Assembly (NCBI GenBank): GCA_000708835.1
Contig: DF237006.1
Location: 131,817 to 195,816 of the forward strand
Reading direction: 5' to 3'
DNA: 64,000 nt
Source: Klebsormidium nitens
Lineage: Eukaryota > Plantae > Klebsormidiophyceae
Positions within the stretch are counted from its first letter, which is position 1; each line of letters begins with the position of its first letter. Below the pieces are notes generated by a model. That model was not told the DNA's origin. It saw only the letters and a list, made by a program, of their open reading frames with translations, and searched no databases. Shown piece by piece: positions 1 to 12,622 of the stretch. The position numbers and the translations under genes were made by a program.

Positions 1-340
1 CAAGCACAGTATAACAATTTGGAAGCCAAACATCTTTGGCCATCACGGCGGGCGCACTTTGTCTTCAGTGCAACCAGTAAGTCATATTGAATTACTTCCA
101 CCAGTTCATTTGGACATACTGTATGAAGGTATTCCCCTCTCGACCACCAGTTGTCTAACCTTTTGAGCCAGGACCAATCTCTCCTGACTCGCAACCACTT
201 TTGCAGATTTGGAGGTTGTGTCCATTCTGAAGAGTCAACATTTGAGATTTTCTAGACCTTTCTATCATTAATATTGGAAGACCTTTTATTTCCAGGGTCG
301 GTCCTCATTCTTGAAAGGACGTTGGGGCGCTGGGGCTCAC

Positions 341-781
341 CTCCACATACACCTTGCCATCCTCCCGCTGTGCAAAGCGTATGCCAATTGGCTTTTCGAG
401 AGTCACCAGGTACTCATCAAGGTTGAAAGTGTATTCCTTGTGGTCCTCAACAGTGCCGGGCCAGCCTGCCTCTACTCGAAGCCCTCTCCGTACTCGTTTA
501 CGCTGAGCAATTGTCCTTGAATGTAGGAACCTTCTGAGAAGCAAGACATGATCTGGGAAAGCACCAAGTGACGTGGCTGAAGAAGGCAATGCACAAGTAG
601 TGCTCAGCTTCTTCCGCCTATGTGGTCCGGCCAATTTTGACACCACCAGGAGAGTGCCCTCCTTGGGTGCAAAGCTTGCCTTTTGAAACTTGGAACCAGA
701 CTTTTTGTGGGGACCTTCTCCTAGGCATACAGCCCATCGCAGAGTGCTTGCGGCAGCTGCCCTTTTAGCAGCCCAAGCCAT
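341..781 (-). CDS. LSF1: LSF1-like plastid phosphoglucan phosphatase family protein, exon 1 (transit peptide plus start of PDZ-like domain); later exons unresolved or beyond the left edge
   Basis: Open frame from ATG 781 to a GTGAG donor at 340. It ends FNLDEYLVTLEKPIGIRFAQREDGKVYVE, which resembles my recollection of the Arabidopsis LSF1 PDZ-like N-terminus (NLNEYMVTLEKPLGIRF). Ala/Ser/Arg/Lys-rich N-terminus. Confidence 0.7.
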
Positions 782-1348
782 TGACAAACTTCTTGCCACC
801 CAAAATCTACAACAGGGCCTTGTGCGAGGTTGAGAAATCTTTACATGCTCATTGTTTTACAACCTGGTGCAAGGAACGTGACACTTCTCTGGGCTTGTGC
901 TGGGATTACGATGATCCTAGGAGGCGCCCCCAAGAAAACTTCTTCTTTGTCACATTGGCAAAAAAGTCTGGAGCATGATACATCTGCTAGGTTGCACTGC
1001 GAAAGTTGACCCAACGAAACCTCTCCACTCGTCTTTTGACACTCTCCTTTCGCTTAGCGGCATGTGCGGCCGAGTTCAAAGTAAAATCTTGAAAGACGTG
1101 TGTCAAGGGGTTACTTGAAACCACTTGAGTTATTCTTGAAAATGTCGGGCTGGGGATCAAATAAATAACGCAACGCATCTTGACTTGATCAAATGCAAGG
1201 CAAATGCACACAAATCTTTTGTCAAGAACTCCACCTGCAAAGCGCTCTTCTATTTACAGGAGACCTGACTCCTGCCTTTCTCTCCCCTTTTGAACTTGCT
1301 CTAGGTGGAGAACATCTGCGCACCACTTTCTCCTTGCGCGTTGTTGAA

Positions 1349-2512
1349 ATGGCGGCATCAATTGCTAGATTCCCTTTGGGAGGCAGTTTGGCTTGTCGGT
1401 CAAGCATAGTCTCACCAGTTGCGGGCGCCAGGAATCAACACTACACCGGGAACGTCCTTCCGTTTGGGAGCTTGACGTGCAGAAGAACGACAATACACGC
1501 CCTAGCCCCAAGGGCCTCAGGGAATTCAGCAGACAGCAATGCCGAGGGGAAAAATGATGGGGACCAGGCGCAGAATGCGGCACGCTTTATCTTGGAAAAG
1601 GCGGGCATGTCAGAGACTGCCAGTTCGTCAGGGGGCGGCTGCTGCGGTGGCGGGTGCGGGGGGGAGAAGGCAGACGCCAAGTCTGCGGCACAGCAATTTG
1701 CAGAGTTGGAGGCAACATTTGTCACCGGCCCGGTCAGCATTATCTCTTTCCATCAAACGGGCCCTGTGCGCATAAAATTGGAAAGCGTTGCTGCTTTTGA
1801 GGTGTGGCTCCTTTTCCTCTATTGCAGCCGTGACAATAGTCAGCAAGTGCAATTGGTGGTTTGACTGGAGAAAGTGTCTGCCATTCTTTAAAAAGGAGTG
1901 CTGAAGCCGTTACTTGCCGTGCAGATGGAAGGTAACATCACCCGCGACGACGTGCAATCGGCCTATCGGAGCGCCCCGGTGAGCGGCACTGATTGCGCTC
2001 GAGCCACGTCCTTTGAGCTTTGATGGGTTCACTGTTCATATGCAGACACATAAGAGACAGCTTCCCCTTTGAAACCTTTACATGTCATGAATCTTCTCTG
2101 AATGTCATCAACAGGACCACCCCACTTCTGGTGCCTTGACTTTACCTCTATATATCTGACGAGACTGACGACAACGAGCTTAAGGTCCACTTCTTGACGT
2201 GGACGGCCGTCTGCGGGAAGTCAATGGGGACAGGGTTGAGGCTGATTCGCATCCTTTAAGAAACCTGAGTTTCTTCCCATCAAGCCGCAAAGTTGATATT
2301 CGATTTCATCTCTTACAATAGTGTTTTGTAAGAAGAAGCGTCTCACTTAAGTTGGCAGGCCCACTTGGTGAACCTCAAATTTCCTTCATCCTTGGATGCA
2401 GGATGGTCCGAGTGAAGAGAAGTTTCTTGATATTGCCGCCATTCTTGCGGAAGCATCAAACGAGTCTGAGAACTTTGTCTTTGAGGACGACTTGGATGAG
2501 CTGATGGTCTGA
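1349..2512 (+). CDS. Unknown, probably plastid-targeted protein with an acidic C-terminus (4 exons; exon 3 out of frame as assembled)
   Basis: Exons 1349-1732, 1925-1978, 2115-2184, 2402-2512 with GT-AG sites. Transit-peptide-like MAASIARFPLGGSLACRSS, a GGGCCGGGCGG motif, and acidic SDETDDNELK/DGPSEEKFLD...EDDLDELMV. Exon 3 is 70 nt between phase-0 junctions. Confidence 0.5.
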
Positions 2513-3461
2513 CCTGTTTGTCTTTCGGAGGAAGAGCTTGCAATGATGTACCATAGTAGCGGAGAATAAATTGCTCGCAATTGGTTTGATGTTTGAGGAA
2601 TAAACGGTTCTCCTTGATAGCTCTGAGTGAGGAATTGTCCAGGTAATAAAGAAAGTGTAAGCAGGACGATTGCCTAGGTTAGGTGTAACGATTAAGCAGA
2701 ACGATTGCACTTCATACCTTACCAGCCGGCACTGAAAAGGCTGGGCTCGGCGGCCGCAGCTTCTGCAGTTGTCATGTTGGCAGGAATGAGCTGGGCGGCT
2801 AGTAACATTGCACATGTAAACGAATCTGGACTGACTGGCTATCTAATGGCTAGGCCTAGATTGATGATATGAGTGTATGCATGCGGCATTGATATGTAGT
2901 GATCCAAGTTATACCAGACATAGACTTGGCTTATATAATACTTATGATGCACCGCATGGTAATGCAGCCGTTATGTGCAGGCGTGCATGGTGGACTTAAG
3001 GCGCTTGCATGAGCTTTGACCTTACGTTGTAGCATGAAAATCCGCCGAAAACACGAATCCCAAATGAAGAGCCAAATGGGCGCGGCGGCGCCGAAAACAG
3101 ACCAGTGGTGAGACAAAACTCGCCTTTCAATGCTCGCTCGGATTCCTGGGAAGCATCCAAATGGAGCAGAATTTGGAAGAACCGGTTCAAAGAGCGCACT
3201 CTTTTAGCATGGAGCGAGAGCACTCAAAAGATTGTCTTGCATGGAGAGATCTTCGACGCCAGCGGCAGCGATGAGACGTTCCAATCCCCCCAGCAAGCAA
3301 GGATGGATGCCACCCTGCAAGCTTTGAAAATGAAGTGATTATTGCACATGATCAACCTCTCACGGGTTGCGCCAACGATAATTAGATGCTATTCTTAAGG
3401 TATTGACATTCTTCACTTCTGTCCTTCTACTGGTCTATAAACAATTAGCCTGCTAGATCGA

Positions 3462-3660
3462 CCTGTTCGACCCTGAAAGAACAAGCGCAGGGACACAGCG
3501 GTTGACATCGAAACATGTGGGCATCTTCAAGAAGCACCATGAGGCTTCTTTCGGAACCTCGCTCAGGGCGGATTGGTTCTGGGGATCGCTTCGAGCGCTG
3601 TCTCGGGGGAAAGGTCTCGCATCTCACCAGCGATCGTGCGTTGTACTTTATGTGCACTTT
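3462..3660 (-). pseudogene. Inverted diverged copy of the DUF1824 gene exon 4 3' half plus following intron (source about 32896-33090)
   Basis: Its reverse complement (gtgcacataaagtacaacgcacgatcgctggtgagatgcg...ctgtgtccctgcgcttgttctttcagggtcgaaca) aligns by eye with 32896-33090, including the GTGAG donor. Confidence 0.9.
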
Positions 3661-3749
3661 GTGGCCAGGTCGACCACGGGCGACTTTAGGATCTACCGCC
3701 ACCCCCCGCCACTCACCAGACAGAAGCGCAGTTCAGTGTTCTTCGATAG

Positions 3750-5710
<1,961 letters not shown>

Positions 5711-6222
5711 CGCTCGGGAAGTTTCGGACTTTGCGGCACATCCAAAAGCCGCCTCATCAACCCCAGAGCAGCGTCGAGGTTGGCAATTATAACCTGAACC
5801 GCGTCTCGTGGAGTAAATTGCTAGATACAAATCAGAGCACATCAGCTATTGCAGATGTTCTTGAAAGCTCCCTTGGTCTGTCTCAGTTTTGATGCGCGTT
5901 ACGAGCAGGCTGCACCTCCAGGCTGCACGAGATATTGGGTTCTTGTACCGAGATGATCGAGGTACGCATGTATTCAAGTCTTCTAAACATTCTCAATCTT
6001 GTAACCGGTAGGATGCACGAGCTATACTCTTTCTGGTTGTCAAGCTGCCTCATACATGTGCAACGGGCAGCTAAAACAAAGGCCTTACAATTCAAGGGGG
6101 CGCTGCTAAAATCTGAAAGCCAGAGTTTTAACGAACCCGGCATGAGCTCGGCTTTTGTACAAGTTTGGCCAGGCCCGGGTCCATGCGATTTGCGATAATG
6201 ATTGCGTCACATGATATGGTTA

Positions 6223-8270
6223 CTATTGTCCATCCAATCGGATATATTGCTGTAATGTCAATGCTTTGCTGGGGGGTGCAACCCTCCTGCCCTCTGGCAA
6301 CGGCAGCAGGTCCACGTCTACCTCCTTTTTCCGCCAAGCATTGATACGGGAGCCCTCCAGATGATAGCGTATCAAGTCCACCAACCCAGACTTGAGCGCA
6401 CGCTGAGGAGCACCTTGCTCTGCACGAGCGGACGCCATCACCTCCTGGCACTGCACGAAGAAAGGGGGAGCTCGTACGTAAAAGTGTGCAGCAGAATGGT
6501 TGCTCTGGTACACAAATCAATAGCCAGTCGCCGCCACTGTTCCGGCCCAGAAGAGAAGGGAGAGTAAAGAAAATCGATTATGTACACGAATGGGATGGCT
6601 CCACGGCGTGGAAGCCCAAGTATTGAGCAGCCGGAAACGGCTTGCGACTGCTGTTGACCTGCTCGCCTGAAACGAATGAAGGAGTTAGAAGGATATTTCC
6701 CAAACAGAAGATTCAAAACCCAACAACGCCCTGACTGAAGTATGCTCGGTCTAAGACAAAGAAAGATCAAAACCCGCACCTTGAGAAGGCCTGCGGTGAG
6801 GTCGGTGTTGAAGTTCTTGAGCACGGAGGGCGGTATCTTCCGCACGATTGACTTCATCTGCGCCAGCTCGTTCTCCAGCGACTTGATCGTCGCCTTCAGC
6901 GTCTCGATGTTCTCACTCCGCGCTTGCGTCATCTGCGTGATCTGCGTTCAAAAAGAGGACGTCAGAAACCGGTACTCTCAGAACCAGCACAGGAGTCTGT
7001 AGTCGAAAATGAAAAGATTGCGACTCACCTGCAGTTTAAGCGCACTTCTGATTTCCTACGATATTCGTTCCTGAAAAGCTCGCAGAAGTCAACAGATCAA
7101 TCGTGACTAGTTTCACCGAAACTAGACATGCATTCGGCGCAAAGGGTCCTACATATCAGCAAGAACCTTTTGCGTTAGGTTGTACAAGCCTGCTCTATTA
7201 CAATCCAGCTCGACTCCGGGTTGGAAACATGAACGAAACCAACAAGCCTAGGGTTTCCTTGGTGCTGATGCCATCTACAGAGTGTAGATGGCACAGCCGC
7301 TCGGTTGGTGGCTTCAAAACTAAAGACCGTCAGATGCACGTGTCTTTTCGACCGACACGTTACTAGCCAGCATCAAAGCGACAGAATGTCATAACGGTAC
7401 GCGTGAGAACCTGTCATTACCTACTGCCGAGTGAGATCGACGAGATGGATCCCACAGTACAGCAGTTTGTACGAAACGTGCACCTTCAAAAGCTGCAAGG
7501 ATTGCCGGGTACACGATCCAGGCCGTCCGATCGGCCAGCTTCTGCTCATCGGACGGTCCAAGATCACGTAAAGAGGCTCTCTGCAATTTCCACACAAAGA
7601 GCTGTAAAAAGGCGAGCGGGAAGAAACACATGCAGCGCGCGGCGCTCACTTCGGATCGCGTGATGTAGAACTTGTAGATGGCCTTGTCCACGTCGCTGGC
7701 CACGTTGAACAGCTCGCCGGCCACTGCCATGCTGCGCTCCAGCACCGCACTGCTGTCGTTGATCTTCACCTGAGATGCGACACACGGGGCGGTGGAGAAA
7801 ACGTCAGAAGTCTGAGTCCAGGATAGGCATGCTTCTTCAGAAGGAGCAGCGAAAGTCTAGCGCTGCTCCCCACGACGCAACATCTAGGTCTTGACACCGT
7901 TCGGGTCATCGTACGGGGAGATCTCGGGGTCTACAGGACTTCGCTTGAACCGAAACCCGCTGACTGAAGCCGATGAGAGTCCTTTCAACACTTGACAGCT
8001 CGTCCTAGTCTCATCTGCGACAAATGGGTCCGCTTCCACAGGACTCCGTCATCAACATTTTTATTAATGGAACCGGCGTCAGATTTGCCTTACCAGCTCC
8101 TCCTCCGCAAACGCGAGCGCCGTTGGGTGCGTGGGCAGGTACTTGGCTTCCTCCAACGAATACGGGTCGTGGTTGTCGTGCTCAAGAAACGTGCGCACCA
8201 CCGCCGTGTCGTCGCCGTCGGGCTGCGGCCCTGCGGGACTGTCGGCGGTCGGTACTGTGACCTGCGCCAA
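6223..8270 (-). CDS. Unknown protein with central coiled-coil (4 exons)
   Basis: Exons 8270-8094, 7769-7650, 6941-6780, 6450-6223. All are phase 0 with canonical GT-AG sites and GC-rich codons. Heptad-like ENIETLKATIKSLENELAQMKSIV. Confidence 0.75.
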
Positions 8271-8958
8271 TCGAAGCGAGCGTGAAGCGCATGCGAACGT
8301 AGTGAACGACGGAATGCGTATTGTGTGGTCCTCCGACTGCCTCGCTCAAGGGCGCCGTATGCGCCTGCGTTTCACCCAGACATGACTGGTTCTGCAAAAG
8401 TGAAAGAGCAACGGCAGATTAGGAAGGCGAGGCGGCGAAGCTTCCCCACATGGGCCAGACCTTCTTCTGAGAGTCGGCGATGTGGTGAGTGGAAAAGTGA
8501 AAAGCAGACCTGATGGAGATGTCAAAGGTAAAGATCTTCGAAGATATCGACCGGTCGGGCACTTACCAAGACAACGCATTCTTCTCAACAGAACGAATTA
8601 TGACTTGGACGAGGGCCTTCCTAAGCAGACTGCTTGCACGATGGTGCAAGACTCAGGTAGTCTTTGGTCTTTCGATTGCGCACGCAGACCTCCGTACTGA
8701 GTAAAACCAAACCAGAAGCTCAACCGAAGGAAGTTGCCTTTTTAACGAATTCCATAAGCAGGTACGATTGTTGTTTCATGCTCTGGCTCGCGAAATGCAA
8801 GGTTCCAATCAAACACCCAGGCGGACCCAAAACGACTGAACACGCACCTTCTCAGCACATGCCGTTCTCTTGCTACTAGCCACCCCCGATGACAAGGAAC
8901 GCTTGAATTTTCAACACCGAGAAATTTGTCTCCAAGCACTGGCACACGCAAGCATCAC

Positions 8959-10999
8959 CTGGACCCGAAACCCGCACTCGCACCGCCTCGACTTGTACCT
9001 CTTGTGCTCCTCCCCCTTAGGCCGGTAGCTCTGGTCCTTGCTGCCCCCGCGGTGGCAAATGTACGTCGTTGCCCAGCCTGGCCGGGGCCGCTTCACCGGA
9101 TAGCGGTTCTCCAGCCGCAGGTGGACCTGCTGCCAGAATAGGATCTCAATCTGGTCTAAATACAATGTCGATTATGGTACACCTCAACTTGGATAGTGAA
9201 ATGAAGACCAATTTGGAAGATTGTATAAAGTGCACAGAAGGATTCAGTCATCGAAACTTCCAAGACGGGGGCACCTTGATCTTTCGATTGAGGAGATTGA
9301 CAAGAGGTAAGTGGCTCTGGTAGGCGATCCGAACGGGAGCTAGGCCCAATAGCGATAAGAGGGACATCAAGCAAAGTCCAGGCATTGTCGAGGCAGCGGG
9401 AAGAATCCTGTGATGCTAGGAGCAGCTCGAGGTATAAAGCGGTGCTAAGGTGGTCAACTTGATCACAATTCTTTCATCTTAAATTTTCTACGGCTGCAAA
9501 GGGAGCCCCCTGCTCACCCGGTACTTGAGCAGGATACTCTCAATGTACGGGATCACGTCCTTGAGCGGCATCTCCAGCGTCTCATTCCACTGCAGCTTCG
9601 TCCGTGCGGCTCGCTTCGTCTGCTTGACGGGCCGGCCGTCAATTACTTCCTCCGCTCCCCTCTTCACCCCCGCTGCCTCCTGCTCGGCCGCAGCTCGACA
9701 GAACATGCACTTCTGCCTGCGGGCGTCAGCGTAAGCCCCGGGAATGCCGTGCTTCTGGGGGTCAGTAATCCAGTCCTTTGCCATCCGCTCCTGCACGTGG
9801 CACAGCGTCTGGTCAGATCGGTTCGCAAGATGTGGGGGGCCAGGCCTTGTCTCTCTCGAAAAAGCAGTTCTGCTGAGTCAACAGCATCTGAAAGAGCCAC
9901 CGATTCGTCTTAATCAGTCGCCAGCACAACCAACACCTCATCCTGAGCTTACGAAGCCCAAGAAACCACCTCAAGTTATAATCCAGACGAAGAGAGACCA
10001 CAAGATTGATCCAAGTTGGTTGGCCCTGCAACTGAATGTGCTTTTCTGGGTACACTGAGGTTATGGTCATCTAAGAAAACGCTCCAAGCCTTCCATATGT
10101 GAAAGACTTTAAGACTTGGTGCCAACTTTGATCGCCTGACATTCACTTGTGTGTGGTCCTGTATGCCAGGATGACCTCCTGTCCAAGTTTGTAATGCTGC
10201 TTGCCTTATCCTCAACAATAAGGCCGATTCACAAGTAAGCCAGAAAACGTCCCGCTTGACTCCTACCTGGATGCCTCTTAGGGCGTAATGATTTCCATTT
10301 GCGGGGCAATGACAGCTGTCCACTATCTCCCGCCACTGCCCAGTATGTGCAACCAGTTTCTCAGGCTTGTTCTTGAAGAACAGCAGTGGTTCTCCATCGG
10401 GCGTTATCCTGGCGTCCAGCCTGTCTTGGTACTGCTTCCAGCGGGCAATCACTGAGCGGTGAGACGTGTCGCTCTTCTTGTTGAAGAACGCGGGGTCCGC
10501 TTGCAGGATCTCTTCCTCGCTAGGAAGTGTCTGGAGCAGGATGTTGTCCACCATCAACCTGTGGGAAGAGGAATACTTTGAACACTGCAGAGATGGCCCT
10601 CACTTTGAGGTTCTGCTGAAAATGCAACTGAAAATAAACAGTCAAAAAATGCACGTTTCTCATTTAAGAGAAGGGGCAATGAAGATTGTGATTGGAAGGA
10701 GGGGCGGAAAGTATCATCATGCAATATTGATAGCAAAGCTTGCTAGCATTGAAATTGACCTTATTGAAAATTTTGCACAAATCAATACTGAAGGGGAGAT
10801 CATTATGGATGGAGACAGAGTTCATCCTACAGCCAGGCGGCATTCACGTTGCAATTCCTCTGCCGAAAAGTTTGAGCCACTTACTTGTGTGCTGCCTGGT
10901 TGAATGCATACCACTTCCTCGTGTACTCTTCATAGTCTGTCTCCTCATCTTCTTCAACAGCCAGCAGGGCTCGGGTGTGCTCCCCCACTTCGTCATAGC
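8959..10999 (-). CDS. Putative transposon-derived DNA-binding protein: integrase-type H2C2 zinc-binding motif plus WRKY/GCM1/FAR1-like motif (core exons; termini unresolved)
   Basis: In-frame exons: about 11140/10999-10912, 10558-10267, 9790-9518, 9150-8959. Spliced product contains IVDSCHCPANGNHYALRGIQ|ERMAKDW...RQKCMFC (H-x6-H...C-x2-C) and WATTYICHRGG...KRYKSRRCECGFRVQ. Confidence 0.65.
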
Positions 11000-11991
11000 C
11001 TGCAATGCCAGGTCTCAGTGACTCTGATCCTGAAGAATGCTGTTCTTCAGCAATAGAAAGAAGACTTGGACTGGTGCTCTGAAAGTCTCCTTGTAGAGGG
11101 TATCTTCTAAAGAGTTTACTTCCAGGACTTCCAGCACCCTAATCCAACCTTGAAGATGGGAATTGACAATCTATATGCTGTCCACATCGATATTTGTATG
11201 TACGACCTGAGAGGGAAAAGGAAGTCCATTATTGACTGTATGCTTGCCACAAATAACTTACCTGCCCCATAATTGCAGTGTCCCATCATTTTTCCTGGAA
11301 TCTAAATATAATGTGAAGGGTGTATGCCCGTTTTTAGCCACAGATCCGCAACCAGTTCAGAGGCAGCAGCAACACAAGCAGCACCTAGAGCTTGATCAAG
11401 GTCAAATGAAGCTGTCCTTTCATACCTGTATGCATCACTTGGTCTTCATGTCCTTCAGGTGCCTGGTGCACGAAAACAGCCCCGTCCTGTATGTCTGCCA
11501 TTTTTACCAGCTTGCAATGAAGCAGAGGAGCTCTCTAAAAAGTGCGACCGGTTTACCCGGGATACTCAGGCAAAACAGCCAGCCTGATCAGGGCAGGTTC
11601 TTTGAGAAACGCTGGACACCCATGATAACCCACATGCGGATTTGGAAGCAGCTAAGCATGCACCTCATTCAACTTCAAGCTTCAACTTCAACTTCAAGCC
11701 AGCATGTTCAGCTCAGGTTTTCTCCAGGTTTTGGCATTGAAAGAAAGCGCCCTCCCCGTTCGCCATGCCGGTTTTGCCCTTCCCGAACACCGTTCCTGAG
11801 CTCCTCTCACCGCACAATTCCAAACCTCACAGCGATATCACGAAGCTCAATCTAAGCCGTCTACCTCTGCAAAGAGACGGTGTCGATGCAGGACGGACGA
11901 ACCTGCCCAGAGCTTCTCTCCTGGCGCCCGAAATCTGCAAAACAAGAATGGGGACCTTTACAAGAACCGTTACCGCTGCGGCACCTTGCAT

Positions 11992-12360
11992 TAGGGTTGC
12001 CGCCACGTTGCCGCCACGTTGCCAGCTTCAATTAGGTACCGGTAGTCAAGTTCGATCCCCACCACTGCCCGCTAAACGTACAAAGTCGACGAGAAAGTTT
12101 GGGAGAATTCTTTTCGGACGGTACCGGGCGCACAATGGCCGCTGATGGTACCAACCGTCACATCGCGTGCGGTAACTATCCTTGCCAAGCGCAGAAGCAA
12201 CCGGGCACTATGAGTGACCTTAGGGTTAGGTCACAAAGCAGTGACGGTATGTTAGGGTTTACGCCACTACCTGTGACGGTTTGTTAGGGTCGCGTGCCTT
12301 CCCTGTGACTGCTCTCCGATTAGGGTTTCCACTAACGGCAGAGCCACTGACCATAGGTTT
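11992..12360. promoter_or_regulatory. Telo-box (TAGGGTTT/AAACCCTA) cluster in the divergent promoter between the H2C2 gene and mevalonate kinase
   Basis: Exact tagggttt at 12253 and 12321; variants at 11992, 12221, 12285 and about 12354. GTGAC precedes four of them (12214, 12241, 12273, 12305). Confidence 0.6.
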
Positions 12361-12622
12361 TTCGTTTGGTTTGGTGTTAGCCGAGCACTTTATCGGCGTC
12401 CGACAAAGGCGTCGACTATTCTCCCAAATTCTATTCGTGACCTTTGTGCCTCTTGCACCACTGCCACCAGCGCCAACTTGAAGATGCAACTTGAAGATGA
12501 TGATCCCTTTCACAAGTTCCAGATTCTGTGTACAAGAAAGTTGCATTTTCTAGGAAAATCTGCAAGCAAAAGGCGAGCAGACAGGACATCACCTCTGTCT
12601 GTGTCCGTTGATGCGATCAAGG

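Noticed and set aside
2137-2139. In-frame TGA in one reading of exon 3 as a possible selenocysteine codon
   Set aside because: That frame does not match the phase-0 junction from exon 2, the context is not redox-like, and no SECIS was identified. A TA-run slip is simpler.
3105-3338. 77-aa ORF next to the chimeric pseudogene (SKWSRIWKNRFKERTLL...)
   Set aside because: No recognisable family, no splice context and no second copy in the window. It could be another captured fragment, but I cannot support that without a search.
8346-8958. Candidate 3' exons of the H2C2/WRKY-like gene
   Set aside because: Several alternative AG/GT combinations are possible and none restores a recognisable motif, so they were left out of the model.
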